A stretch of DNA of 64,000 bases, from positions 1,178,001 through 1,242,000 of the forward strand of contig BQFW01000014.1 of assembly GCA_020891255.1 (NCBI GenBank), in the 5' to 3' direction. The DNA comes from Entomortierella parvispora E1425. Its lineage: Eukaryota > Fungi > Mortierellomycota. Shown piece after piece: positions 23,557-39,000 of this stretch (the stretch's first letter is position 1; each line of letters begins with the position of its first letter). The notes under the pieces are model-generated. The model did not search any database. It saw only the letters and a list, made by a program, of their open reading frames with translations, and was not told the origin of the DNA. The translations under genes were made by a program, and so were the position numbers.

Positions 23557-25710
23557 TCACTTGGACTTGCGCTTGATGAACGCGTCCAGCTTTGTCACCA
23601 ATCCTTTGGCCAGTCGTCCATCTAGTCTTGACTCACAAAACTGTCGCATCTTCTGCAGGCTGCCGAGGTCCTGGCAAAGCGGTCCTTGCCGCACAACCCA
23701 GGTCATCAGCAGCTGAATCAATTTTGCATTTGATAGTAGAATCGAGTTTTGATCCGTCAGAGCAGTCTCCCTTACCGCCATCCCTTTCGCATTCCCTACA
23801 TCGGCACCGCAAATCGCATCCCAGAGGCTCGGGGTACAATAAGACTTGAGGATAGAAGCCTGGAGTCCCTTCGACTGCAACTCGGTTTTACCGGACGTAC
23901 ACTCCACAGTGACTATAGCCGATACAACGTCCCACAATTGCTCGAGCACCGAACTGAGTTTTGTCCACATTCGGGTCGGTACGGGGCATGGCACGTTTTT
24001 AAGCCCCAAAATTGCCTGCAGTGCTCCGAGGTGAAGCTCTGTGACAAAGACGATCGAGAGCCGCGAGAGGCTTGCCGAAGCATCAATCTTTGCGCTGGGA
24101 TCCTGATTTTCTAGCGAACAATCAAACAGTTGACTGCAACAGAGAGGTCCATTCATGTTAGTGCGACTATTAACAACTAGATCTTTAATACAGACATCCC
24201 ATTGTTACAACTGTACCTCAAAAAGTGCACCATAGTTGCCGAAGATTGCTCTTTCATGACCTTCTGTACCAATTCAGATACATATCTTGAATATCTTTCA
24301 TAGTCATGAATTACAGGTATAAGTACCCCATCTACCATGGCTCGGCCATGTGCCTTTCCCGCGCTCATCATGGCATCAAAGAAAAGCCGGGTGGATGTTG
24401 ACTTGAGTTGTAGTGTCTATTGGTTCAATGATTCAACGTTAGTCCTGGAAATGATGTTGATGTCCCGTGTGGGATAATCTCAAAGTAAACGACTTGCCTT
24501 CTTCAGAAATAGAACTTGGTAGAGACATAGACTCAGTCCGTACGATAAATGCCCAGGCACATTCATGGGTACTTCATGTAAGGCCAAATTGCCTTCCTCT
24601 GGGATATCAGCGCTCACTCTAGGATCTTCCAGGAAAATCTCGTTGACACATAGTCGGTGTAGAGCATTGTCGTCCAAGTCCTCAAGTCCAAGAAGAGATA
24701 TCTCTTCTCTTGCCTTGTTTTGAGATGTTTCGACAGGAGACAGTGAGATGAGTTATACTTGTCACACATCATCAGTAACGGTGATCAATAATATCCAAAG
24801 GCTCCACCCTACCTTTGTCGAGATTTTTTCTTCTCCTGAGCACGCCAGTTGGACAAGGATATGCATCTCGTCCCAAATCAGAATCGATTGTTGTGAAGCC
24901 ACCGGTTGAGACAGCAAATCCTCGTCATTACTTGCACCTTCCTCATTAGGTGACTTTGACGACGCTTCCAATCCTGTCCTGTTGGCCTTTTCGATATCTG
25001 AAGGGCGTTTGCCCTCCGGTTGAAGTATCTCTAACTTTTCTCTGAGTGATTGGACAGCCTTTAGGAGGTCATGCAGCTGCTGCTCATACTGGTGCCTGTC
25101 CTCTGCAGACCCCCTCCTTTCTTCTGATTTTGTGGCGCGTGATGGATCGGGTGCATTGTCGAGGTCCATCGGAAGCGACTGGGTGCTGGAGAGGTGGTTT
25201 CCTGTGTTCGCTTTTAGTTTTCGCCGTTTTTGGATCCTTCCTCGGACATCTTTTGCAGATATTATTTCTGCAGCGGGTTCCTGCTGAACGCCCTCATGGC
25301 CCTCCTGACTTGGAACCAAATCACATAGCTCAGGTCTTTTGGGAAAGGGCAAGAGTTGATGGCAGACGTGGACTAGTACAGCAGAAAATCGGTTGTTAGC
25401 GGCATGCCCAGCCATGATCGGATACCGGAGCTATTTGAAGGACTGACAGCCTACCCGAGGAGTCTCCTGAAGCGTTCTTATCCAGGTCTCGAAGCATTCT
25501 CTTCCATGACTCTATAGTCTCCTGATGCTTGACGGTGGGATCTCTCCATGTGAGAGGAGCCATTGCACGATTGGCTGGATTCCTGTCGACGCTCCCGAGG
25601 CGATGGACATTCAGAGGTGGGTTTCTAAGAGAAGAAGGAGAAATGAGAGCGGTCGGTCGTTTGGGAGCATCATGACCCACATCTTTCAATTCAGTGGCGC
25701 TTTTTGAAAA
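23557..25710 (-). CDS. FANCE: Fanconi anaemia group E-like protein (FA_FANCE C-terminal helical domain); multi-exon with a GC-AG intron; first exon unresolved
   Basis: Spliced LGLEDLDDNALHRLC..LSYGLSLCLYQVLFLKKTLQLKSTSTRLFFDAMMSAGKAHGRAMVDGVLIPVI..SELVQKVM..SNAKLIQLLMTWV aligns by eye with recalled human FANCE [88 protein letters not shown]. Confidence 0.8.
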
Positions 25711-26201
25711 AGAAGGAAAAAAAAAAAAAAAAAAGTCCCCTTCCTTCCTTCGCTTCCCAGGGACACAGGGACGCAGGGACACGAATCAGCGGTTCAGAGC
25801 ATTGACCGATCCTCGCGTGCTTCTTTCTTTTTCTTCTTCTTCTTCCGCCCCCGTCTTGGCATAATGGCCACACATGTTCGCCCCCCGACCTCCCCTCGCT
25901 TCTTGGCTTTTTCGATCTTTTTGGGGTGGTGGTGGTGGTGCATCCATCTCCCCCTTGATTCCCAGACCCTCCCCAGTGTCCCGTTTCTTTCTTCTCTCGC
26001 TTTCCCGCCCCCCTATTTCTTTCGATGCCTTATCAATCTCTGCCCGCCTCTTCCATCTTCTCTGGAAGCATAAAAAGGGCGAGAAAAGGCTGCCCCCAAA
26101 AAGAATTTGAACCTCATCTTGGAACTCTGCATCGACACCTAACCCCCACGCCCCTTTAGCTCGCTCCTCGCCAACGTCTTTTAACCTATCTGGAAAGAAC
26201 C

Positions 26202-28108
26202 ATGACCAAGTTTTTGAACAAGTAAGTGATTTTCGTCTGTCATTGTGCATTCAGCCTGTCAAAGAGAAAGAGTGTCTGTCAACTTTTTATTAATACCTTG
26301 TGTTGTTTGGAATCGAAAGGTTGGTTGGAAACAGGTCACCGGGGATTCAGATGCCCTTTATCCACCACACAATCAACAGCGACTATGAGCAGTCGGACGA
26401 CATGCCCATCTACAATGTTCTTCTCATTGGTCAATCTCAATCGGGCAAGAGCACGCTTCTCGAGGCCATCAAACAATATGCCGATCCAAACTACAAATAC
26501 GACACAAGTCGGATAGGCCATGGAAATGTCTCGCTGACGACTGAGGTCCGGATCGAAGAGGTTGTTACCTGTCTACCTTCCTATCGTATCTACGAATCCA
26601 ATCGTTTTGGACGACAGGAGATTGACGTGGAACGTTATATGGAAGAGACAACCTTTGATGATTTCAAGGCCTTGTTGAACCGTCAGGATGTCGAGGTCAT
26701 GGCGGAAGGCGGAACCACCTATTCAAGGTTTCGGATCATAGACACGCCAGGACTGGATGATTCTGAAGGAAGGGATATCGAGAACCTGGGCAAGATCTTT
26801 TCGGCCATTTCGGGTCTAGGGCATTTGCACCTGGTTGTTATCACGGATCGACATGGTACCACACTTTCCCCAGGTTACCAAACAGCCCTCAAGACGTACT
26901 CGCGACTCTTTTCAAGCATGCAGGGACTCATGACCTTTGTCATGACCAGTATCCCGTACAAACAACGCCACCCTGGTCGAAAAAAGAACCTCGGATTGGA
27001 CGCCAAACTCAAAGAGAGGGCCGATATCATCTCAGAGATCATGGGCCGTCGCTTTCCATCTTTCAAGATTGATTGCAATTTGGTGGAATTTCGACCTTTT
27101 CATATCTGCCTTGTGCGAAACACTCTTCGCGATCTCCTCAGTACCGCAACGATCAAAACGCCAGTGGGATTGAAGCTACAGGTATACAAGACACCGGCCA
27201 TGAAGGCCGTAGACGAGGACGTCTACACGACTTACGCCGAGTTCTTTACCAATCTTGAACTCAACCGGGCCACGCTGGACTTGGCAGATCGACTTCGGTT
27301 GGACATCATTCAAACTGAATCGATCATTGCCAGCAAAGAGGATGAGCTCTGGACGATCGATACGGAAGAACTCCTTCACCTGTATGAAGTCCGGTTCTCT
27401 CAGGACTGGGAACATTTTTACATCATCAAACCCACTTTACTTCAATATTCAACCTTTGACTGCAGCCTCGCCGCTGGCAACTCGAACTTTCCTGCTGTCG
27501 AAATTTTGACCGATCTCGGGGACGATCTGGTACAAGTGGGTGGAGAAGCAATGGACAAGATTGAGGAGAAAGGTGGGGAAGTCGACGGGTCTGTGATCGA
27601 CAAGGTGATGACGACACATTCTTCTGTGGACATCTTGGAGGTGTCAGGGGGCGAGGAACACAAGTACTGGAGAGTCATGTTCCGGAGAAAATCTTATACA
27701 AAGGGATATTTCCATGCTATTTTGAGCATTAAGAGCTGCAACAAGTATCGTACAAGGATTGAAACCCTGAAGCAGGAGATTAGCCAGCTGAAAGAAGAGC
27801 TGGATACTCTGAAAAAAGATCGCAACAGGAGACTAATTGAGCTGGAGCTGCAAGGTGTCCCCATCACGACCGCGGTGGATCCCAAGGCCTACCAGTCTTT
27901 GCACGACCGCCTCTGCATCTATCGCAAGATGATGGAGGCTACTGAAGGTTGGTATCTCCGACTCGAGGTCTTTCTGGATCTCGCCAAGAGTGGCGTTTAT
28001 CATGGAGGATCCGCAAAGGCTAGCGCCCATGCTCTCGAACAATTTTGGGCAAACAAGCTTGGGTTCGACCCCAAAAATCATTCAACATACAAGGGACAAT
28101 CCGAATAA
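26202..28108 (+). CDS. P-loop TRAFAC GTPase (AIG1/septin/MMR_HSR1-like G domain) with C-terminal coiled coil; exon 1 26202-26221, exon 2 26335-28108
   Basis: G1 NVLLIGQSQSGKST, G2-like SLT, G3 FRIIDTPGLDD, then LHLVVI. Coiled coil RIETLKQEISQLKEELDTLKK. The intron GTAAGT..ACAG keeps frame. Confidence 0.8.
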
Positions 28109-28605
28109 ATAATGGACATAATAGCCCTCTATCCTCGCATAGTACAGCTTTGAACGAACGGACTTTGTATTTGCATGAACTGCGTTGATGATTTACTTCT
28201 TTGATGAAGCAATATTTTTCTCTCTTCCTTCAAGAGACGTGAATGCAATCAAGAGATATATGATACAAGGACATGAAGGGGAGATAGTATGGTACACAGC
28301 TGCACACAAATCTATAGACTGAAGCAAAAAAAAAAAAAAAAAAAAAAAAACTGCGAAAAGGATTGCCCCGGACATGGACGCAGTGTGTATATAGCGCACA
28401 TCGGAACCCCGTGAAATATGCTAAGTTCTTGACTGAAATAGTTGTAGGGGTATAAATGTGAGAACGCGTGCATGTCCAGCATTCGAAATGATTGAGAAAA
28501 AAGCGGAGGGAAAAAAAAGAGTAAACACGAAACAAAGTGAGAAAGAAAGACCCGGTGGACATTGACAGAATCAACGATGGCCCTTATAGAATGGCCGTCG
28601 TCGAC

Positions 28606-31027
<2,422 letters not shown>

Positions 31028-31255
31028 TATCGAATGAATGAGTGAATGGAATGGGGGAATGAAAGAGAAGGTGAAGAGGAGAGGATGACAAGGAAGAAAA
31101 AGAGAAGAAGAGGTGAGGAGGGAGCAAGAAAGGGCAGAGCGAAGGCGATGTCACGAGCGAGCAAAGAGTCTGTTTGCTGACACTTGTTTGGGTGTGTGTG
31201 TGTGTGTGCAGTGGGAGTGTGCGGTGAGTGAGTGTGCAGTGCGAGTGTGCAGAAT

Positions 31256-31314
31256 GACAGACAGACACACAGACAGACACACAGACAGACACACAGACAG
31301 ACAGACAGATAGAC
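31256..31314. repeat. Compound (GACA)/(CA) repeat with 12-nt period ACAGACAGACAC, upstream of DED1
   Basis: gacagacagacacacagacagacacacagacagacacacagacagacagacag, read directly. Confidence 0.9.
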
Positions 31315-31640
31315 GCGTCCCTGTCTCCCTCTCTGGAGGTGTCCTGTCCTGTCCTGTCTGGCACCCCACCCTGCTCTCACTTCCGACAGACACCGGCCAG
31401 GACGCGTCTCCGCCTCGGCCAGGTCGCGTCCCGCCCCTCCTGTCCATCGGTGGTCGAATCACACACACACCGGTGCCTGTTCTGTTGGTGCTGCCTGTCT
31501 TGTCTGCCTTGAGAGCACCTCTCCATCTCTCTTCTTCGTTCTTTGTCCCCAACCCAACGATCGCCTCTTTCTCTTCTCCCACCCTCTTCCTCCTTGCTTG
31601 TCCCTCTCTCCGCTTCTCTTCTTTTTTTTTCTTTTTCTTT

Positions 31641-31686
31641 CTTCCTTTCCCTTCCTTTCCCTTCCCTTCCCTTCCCTTCCCTTCCC
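31641..31686. repeat. (CCCTT)n-type pentamer repeat in a polypyrimidine tract
   Basis: cttcctttcccttcctttcccttcccttcccttcccttcccttccc. Confidence 0.9.
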
Positions 31687-31842
31687 GCTCGATTCCTATA
31701 TTCTTTCATTCTTTCATCCACTCTCCTTTTACTCCCTTGTCGCTCTTTTTCATCTACATTCCCGTCCTCTCTTTCACTGTCCCCCATTATCCTGCTTAAT
31801 CAGCTCCTCTCATTCCAACTGCAATTCAACAAGCACGGCCAA

Positions 31843-31845
<3 letters not shown>

Positions 31846-31873
<28 letters not shown>
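31846..31873. repeat. Poly(T) tract, 28 nt; a poly(A) tract of 25 nt also lies at 28326-28350
   Basis: Read directly. Confidence 0.95.
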
Positions 31874-32896
31874 GTGTCCAGTCCATTCATTCAATCTCGA
31901 CGCCCCAAATTGCATCAGGCATCTCTTTTACCTTGGGAATCGAACATCCTCTGACCTCCTTCACGACCCTGTGGACGCTTGCTCTGCCATGCTCAGACCG
32001 GCACACCTCTCCCACAGCCGTAACCATTCGTTCGAGGTAGGAGAGAAAAACTTGACCGCTCTGTGCATACGAGCTACGAGCCCCAGAAGCAGACAACGAC
32101 CACAGCAGACCAGGGCCGATAGGATAGACACTCGCGCACCTCGCATCCACACCACACCCATCTGTACGCAAACACGCTCCACACAGGCAGACCACACACT
32201 CAAAGTCAAAGGCAAAGATAGCACAAGGGTGAACTTTTGGATCTGCCAAGAGCGAGAGAGATTGCACAACACTCCCTCTTCTCCGGCTGACACAGCGCAA
32301 AAAAAACTACAATGATGACAAAACGTGGATGAAATGTGATATCAGGATGTGGCACAGCGCAATCTCTCTCTGCAGTAACGGCCCTGACAGAACATAAAGA
32401 ATCCTCCGTGCGTGGGCGATATGGGCCATAAAAGATGTCAAGATAACTCTACTAAACATTCCTTTGTCCTTCTCGTGCCATTCTCCATAGAACAACACGC
32501 CTTGTCCTCCGCCATACAACCAGTCCGCAGATGATACGTACACGGGACAGAATAGCACCTCTGGAAGGAGAGTCGGTAAGTGCATTATAGAGTTATCAGT
32601 CCGGGAGTTGGGTGCCGTTACAAAAAATCTGCTGTCAAAATGTTCCTGTGCATAAATGTGGAGAAGAGACGAGGTAGTAACAAACGGGGTGGTTTGGAAG
32701 GCCCGTGAAGACGTAGGAAGAAAGAAAAACCTGTCAACGGGAATACGGGAATCTTTTTAAAATACTCGAGGACTCTTTTGCCTCCTCCCTCCTTCATTTG
32801 CTTCCGCTTCCACCTCCCTGCCCCAACTCTCTAACCACTCTGTCAATCTCCACTTGTTCTTTTTTTTTTTCCAACCTTTTCTAACCATTTCCCGGG

Positions 32897-35729
32897 ATGG
32901 TTTTCGACCGCCGTTCTTCTTATCGCAAAGTCAAGGAGCAAGTTCAAGACTTTGAGGACGACCTTCTCTCTCAGGTGGATCAGATTCATGACCCCGTTCT
33001 CCTCAAGCGACTCTTGATCCAAAAGGAACAGGAACGGATTGGCTTGGCCTCGAATTTGGACTTGGCTGCCCGCCTAGGACTCGATCTTCATCAGCAAATG
33101 CAACAGATGGAGCAAGACTCGTATACAAAGGTAATCTTTCCTGTCGTATCTACCCCTTCCTTTTTTTCTTTATCCTCTCCAACTCTCAGGCGACCTATCG
33201 TACCAATTATGTTTCAGTTGCATTTGCACACGAGGGCGGCTCTGCGTACTTCTTTGGTTTGACGAAGCTATACTCACCAAGCCCTACGCCCTACTGCCTT
33301 TGTTTTTATTCTTCTTTTCTTTTCGACTGTTAGTTTCAGTCCCTCCAGGATGAGAATCTTGCGTTGCAGGTTAAGGCTAGTCAATCTCAAGAGTTGTCAT
33401 ACCAACTCGCAGGATCCGAAAACGAAGTCAAGGAGCTGACAGGACATAATCGGTTTCTTCAACGGGAGCTGGATTCTTGTCGACATGAACTCAAGTCTTT
33501 TAGAAGGGAGCTGGACGAACTCTCGGAGCAGATGGCCGAAATGGGGGCCGAGATGGTCGAGGCCAAGACAAAGGTCAACTCGTATGCACGTAGGTTAGGA
33601 GAGGTCGAACAGGAACTGGCTGCCACTCAGGAATTGAATGTGAACTTGCAGCTTCAATTGGAGAATGCACTCCAGAAACAAAAGCAGACCCATTCTACTA
33701 CGACTCAGGCGGTCAAGCTGATCCAATCCGATCTGGGCAAGGTAAGATGAAGAACAATCTGTCAGATTCTCACTCAACTTTTTTTGTCCCTTCTTGAGAG
33801 ATGCTGACAATCAAGCTCTGATTTTCTCGACAACCACTGTAGGTTTTCTCGGACAGTGATACCATGCGATTGACATTGGAGGAGCTGGAGTCCAGACAGA
33901 TGAACTGCGAAGGAAAGGTGCTGGAGATGATGACCAACACCCGAGAGTATGCTCAGTTACTGGAAGAGGCCCAGGAGACGATCACGTCTATGCGTATTGA
34001 ATCGGATCTCGAAGGTCGCAACTGGGCGTCTGTCAGAGGACCACAGGCTGTTATCTGGGATCAAAAGACGGGGACACCACCTTTACCTCCTCAGCATTTC
34101 AAGGAGCGGTCCTCTCCTAGCGGCGTCTCTGGCAGTGGATCTGCTGGGAATAATATGGATGATCTTGAAGGGCACCCCGAACATACCCTTCAGCAAGAAT
34201 TGGACCCAATGTTCGACAATGGCGATTGGGATCAAAATTCTGGTGTTGTCAACTCTCTTGGATCCGAGCTTGGCTTCAGTCACATGGGGGCCACACTTAG
34301 CGAGGAGCTAGAAGGATATTCCAGGAGACTTGACCAAGAGTTGGGCGGATTCCATGGTGGGCTTGACCACGAACTGAATGACTTTCCACGAGGTTTGGAC
34401 CAAGAACTCAGGGATTCGGAAGAGCCAAAGACGCTTGATCTAGAGATCAAGAGCACCGAACTTCACAGTGAGGCTGTGGCTCCATCTCGTCAGCACCATG
34501 TCACTTTTGACGATACCGCTTCACCAGTGGATCCAAAGCCTGAGCAGAACCCCTACCATCGCCAACAATTCGCAGAACGTCCTGTGGAACCCACACCGGT
34601 GGAATACACTTCGGATCCATTAGCGGAATTAATTCGGCGAACCGGCAGTAATCCTTCGACACCGACCCCACCTCAACAGCGCCTCTCATTATCCGCGGAG
34701 CTCCATCAACGACTCGAGGAAAACAATATTCTCCAGACTGTTCTCTCTGGAGCACCTCGATCCACTTGGAACGCCAACGCAGCAGCAGCGGTTTTGACTA
34801 GTGTTTTGATGAGTCCTACGCAGCAACGGTCTCCGAACGCCCTTCGGGATGTGGGTATGGGCTTGAGTTTGGTATCCATGGCAGCCAGGACCTCAAATCA
34901 TATGGGCCATGGTTCAGCTTCTTCCACACCGTTGCCGTCCCCGCTGACGAAGACCCATCTCGATAATACCCAAACCCAGTCTTCTTCTTCCGATTCGACT
35001 TTATCTCATCAGATAGGGCACGACACTTCGACAGCTTCAACAGCAGCAGGGTCGGGACCAAATGCCACCCCTTCGGCAACATCATCCCGACCCCCGGGAC
35101 GCTCTGGAGTGTCGGCCGAAACTCAAAACAGCTTGGGATTGAAATACCTGCTCTCCGCGACGAGCTCTGCAGATTTGTCGAATGTGGTCACAAAAGCAAA
35201 GGCCGCCAAGGGCACCAAGGCTCGATCCAATTCTGTTGGTAGAGCCTATCAGCCCAACTTCCCCTCTGGTAAAGGAAAGAGTAACCCCAGTAGCGGCAGT
35301 GCTGGTAACCAGGATTCGGACAGAATAGGTCGACCACGAACAAGTTCCGTATCGTCAACTACATCCTCTACTTCCTCCAACTCCACCGCTCGAGGAGGAT
35401 CCTATTCGAACAGTGGACGAACTACACCAACAAAGCCAATTGCAGTCCCCAAGGGAAAATCCACCCCATCCAACGGACGAAAATCGCCCGCTGCTTCTTG
35501 GTCAGCTGCTTCTTCTTTGACCTCGTATATGATGAACCATTCGACGACTGGAAGGTCTGCCTCGAGTACCACAGGGACTACAACGGTGACAGGCTCTGGC
35601 GTGGGTATGACTTCTTCGGAAACGAGTCAGAGGCGACCGTCTTTGCCACCGCTACCTTTGCCTTCATCGTTCACGTCGTCGTCTTCATCCTCCCATGGAT
35701 CCTCCAAGCCCCGTCCTCAGTGGACTTGA
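32897..35729 (+). CDS. Long coiled-coil protein with CC1-box-like motif and Ser/Thr-rich disordered tail; 3 exons
   Basis: N-terminal NLDLAARLGLDL, followed by ~250 aa of heptad-rich sequence over exons 1-3 and a low-complexity C-terminus ending PRPQWT*. Confidence 0.8.
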
Positions 35730-36041
35730 GGTCTTCCCTAGACCCCAGACACTCTTACATTTTTTTGTACAATAACACTCTCCCCGAAATCGCCTACCTA
35801 AAAAAAGGTCCCTTCAATCCCATCCCCCCTTTCTCTCCTCCCCTCCTCTGTAACTATACTCTTTCTAATAAACATCCACTACCACCACCACCAATGCCTA
35901 TCATGTTCATCATTGCTTTTCCTTTTTTTTTTTCGTTTTGATTTTGTTTTAATTGAATTAAGACAGATACTGAGAGTGATAATTTTGATATACATGAGGA
36001 GAAGCAGAGAAAAAGATCTTGCACAAGACCCAGCAACCACC

Positions 36042-39000
36042 CTAGTTGGCGACATTGGGCTGGATAGACTTTGTCCTGCTGAACATGGTCTTCATGGTGG
36101 GGATCATGTTCAAGCCAATAATCTCTTCGCTCAAGGGTGTAGGACGGAATCTTCTCATGATCAAGCGACGCATGGTGGCGTAGAAGATGATAAAGACACC
36201 AAAGGCCATGGGGATCAACAGGTACAAAAACTCGGTATGGGGCGACGTGCCAAAGACCACCTTGAGACCAGGGCAGTAGACAATGAAGAAACCGAGACCA
36301 CCACCAAAGGCGAGACCGACAAACGTGCGCTTGTTCTGAAACATGTACTTTCCAAAGGGCAATCTATAACGGGTCTTGCAGGCAAACAAGTTGAACATTT
36401 GCATAATCATGATACCCAAGTAAAAGCTGGACTGGGCCTTGGCCAAGAGCTCCAGGTCCTCCGCGGTACCGTTCGCACCAAACATGTTTTTCTTCTGCAT
36501 CATCACAGCCTGTGCGGGCGAAACACCGCCTTCGTTCAACACCACAAAAAAGGTCACCAAGGCTCCGATCGTCTCAATGATACCGACTTCGAGGTAGGCC
36601 CAGGACAACAAACCGCCATCGACCAAGATCTCATCATCAGTGTGCTCAAAGCGCTCGTGCCAGTAGACAGAGGTGAACATGGCCTTGAAATCATGGTGGA
36701 ATCGAGTGAGCTTCGAAGGTGGGATCTCCTCATTGGTCTCGGGATCCAAGACAGGGGGCAAGGCACGGGTGGCGAGACGGCGGCGACGTTCGATCGAGGC
36801 AGGAGTGACGGGCTTACGGGGGAGAAGACGCATCAATCCGTAGCTGGATTCAGGGGCATCCCAGGCAAAGGTCAAAGACATGAAGAGCTCAAAACCAAGA
36901 TCAATGACCAAGATCAACATGGCAGAGATGGGTAAGGGGATGGAGGCAATGACATAGAGCAAGTTGGGAACAACCTCGGGCATCGAGTGGGTGATCGTGT
37001 ACTGGATGGACTTCTTCAAGTTGGTAAAGATAAGACGACCCTCCTCGATACCGCGGACAGTGGAAGCAAAGTTGTCGTCGAGCAAAATCATGGCGGCGGC
37101 CTCCTTGGAGACATCGGAACCAGAGATGTTCATGGCAATACCAAGATCAGCCTTCTTCAAAGCTGGGGAATCGTTCACACCATCACCGGTGACACCGACA
37201 ATGTGGCCCATGGCCTGAGCATGCTTGACAATCTGGAGCTTGTGCTTGGGCGAGGTGCGGGCAAAGATGACCTCGGGCTTGGAAAAGATCAAGTCCCAGT
37301 CCTGCTCTGTCAAAGAGTCGATCTGTTCACCATGGATAACAATAGCATTGTACTCGTCGTCGCCGACCTCATCCACAGAGCAACCGCGCTGCTTGGCCAC
37401 CAACTCCTTTGTGTCCGACAAGATCAAGTTGATCTTGCGTCCAATAGCTTCAGCGGTCAAGGGGTGATCACCAGTAACCATCATCACACGGATACCAGCA
37501 GAACGGCAGCGACCAATGGCCTCACGAACTCCGTGCTTGGGGGGATCCTCCAAAGAAACAAGACCGACAAAGGTGAGGTTGGTGGTGGGGTAGTTCTTCT
37601 TCTCCTTGTCAAAAACATGGTCATCAGGGTACTGGTCGCGTGGCAACAAGAACTGGGCAAAGGCAAGGACGCGGTGACCCTTGGAAGCCATCAGGGCATA
37701 CATGTCATCGTAGGCCTTCGAGTGCTCGATCGTCAAGGGAACAGCCTCACCGTTCATCAAGATGGTGCTGCAGAGTCTCAAGATACGTTCGGGTGCTCCC
37801 TTGATCAAAAGGGTAAACTTTCCGTTGGCGTGCTCCTTGTTGTGAATGGTCATGGCCCACTTGTTCTCAGAGTTGAAGGGGACCTCAAAGACCTTGGGGT
37901 ACAAGTCACTGAGCTGGTCAAAGTTTCCAATGTTGGCAGAGGCGAAACGGATCAAACCAGACTCAGTGGCGTCTCCCAGAACCTGACGTTCTGGAATGGG
38001 CACATCGGTACGGTCAAACTTGGCACGGGAGCAAAGGGCGGCGATGGACAAGATTTCAGGAATACCAGGCGAGGAAGCATCAAAGGGGCTACCAGCGTTG
38101 GCGGCACTACGGAAGGCCGAATACAAGTTATGGGAAGACCAGATGTTGGTCACGGTCATCTGGTTACGGGTCAATGTACCAGTCTTGTCAGTAGCGAGCA
38201 AAGTGATGGCACCAAGGGTCTCGACTCCAGTCAAGTCTTTGACCAACACGTTCTGGGCAGCCATGCGCTTGGCGGCGATGGTCAACAACATGGTCACGGT
38301 GGCAGGAAGACCCTCAGGAACCCAAGCGACAAAGATACCGATTGCAAAATTGAGGGTGCTCGAGATTCCGCCCGCCTGGGAGCGGTAGACAGCAAAGTAT
38401 CCGATGAGGAAGAAGACAATGGCAGTGGTGATGGCAATAGTAGCAATAATCTTGACAAAGTCATCGATCTCACGCGACAAGGGTGACTTTCCAGCATCCT
38501 CGCCTGCGGTCAATCCGGCAATTTGTCCCAAAACGGTGTTGTCTCCAGTGCGGATAACCAAACCATATCCTTCACCGTTGACGACCAAGGATCCGTTGAA
38601 GCAGAGGTTACGGGCCTCCAAGGGGTTCTTGTGCTCATTCACGGGGTTGCGGTCCTGGGGGTCGGTCTCTCCAGTGAGCGAAGAGTTGTCGACCTTCATG
38701 TCCGTGCAGGCAAAGATCATGATATCAGCTGGAATCTTGTCTCCCATACGCGCAAAGACAACATCGCCCAAGACCAATTCCGCGGCGGGGATTTGAATCG
38801 ACTTTCCATCACGGACAACATAACACTTCTGGGGCATCAAGTTCAAGAACGACTGCAAAACAGCGGCCGACTTTTGAGCCTGGTAAAACTCGATAGCAGC
38901 ATTGATAAAGGCGACAGCAATCAAAATAGCCCCAAGGTAAGTCTGCAAGGAGAGAGATGGAGAAGTGGAAACAGAAAACTGTGGTTAGCCCATCGCTCCT

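Noticed and set aside
25396-25460. Apparent frameshift between two FANCE ORFs
   Set aside because: Resolved by an intron G|GTAGGC..GCTAAC..TAG|TC that restores the frame.
35913-38486. Long plus-strand ORFs of 340 and 499 aa
   Set aside because: They are antisense shadows of the P2C ATPase. Strong codon bias removes stops from the reverse frame, and there are no motifs.
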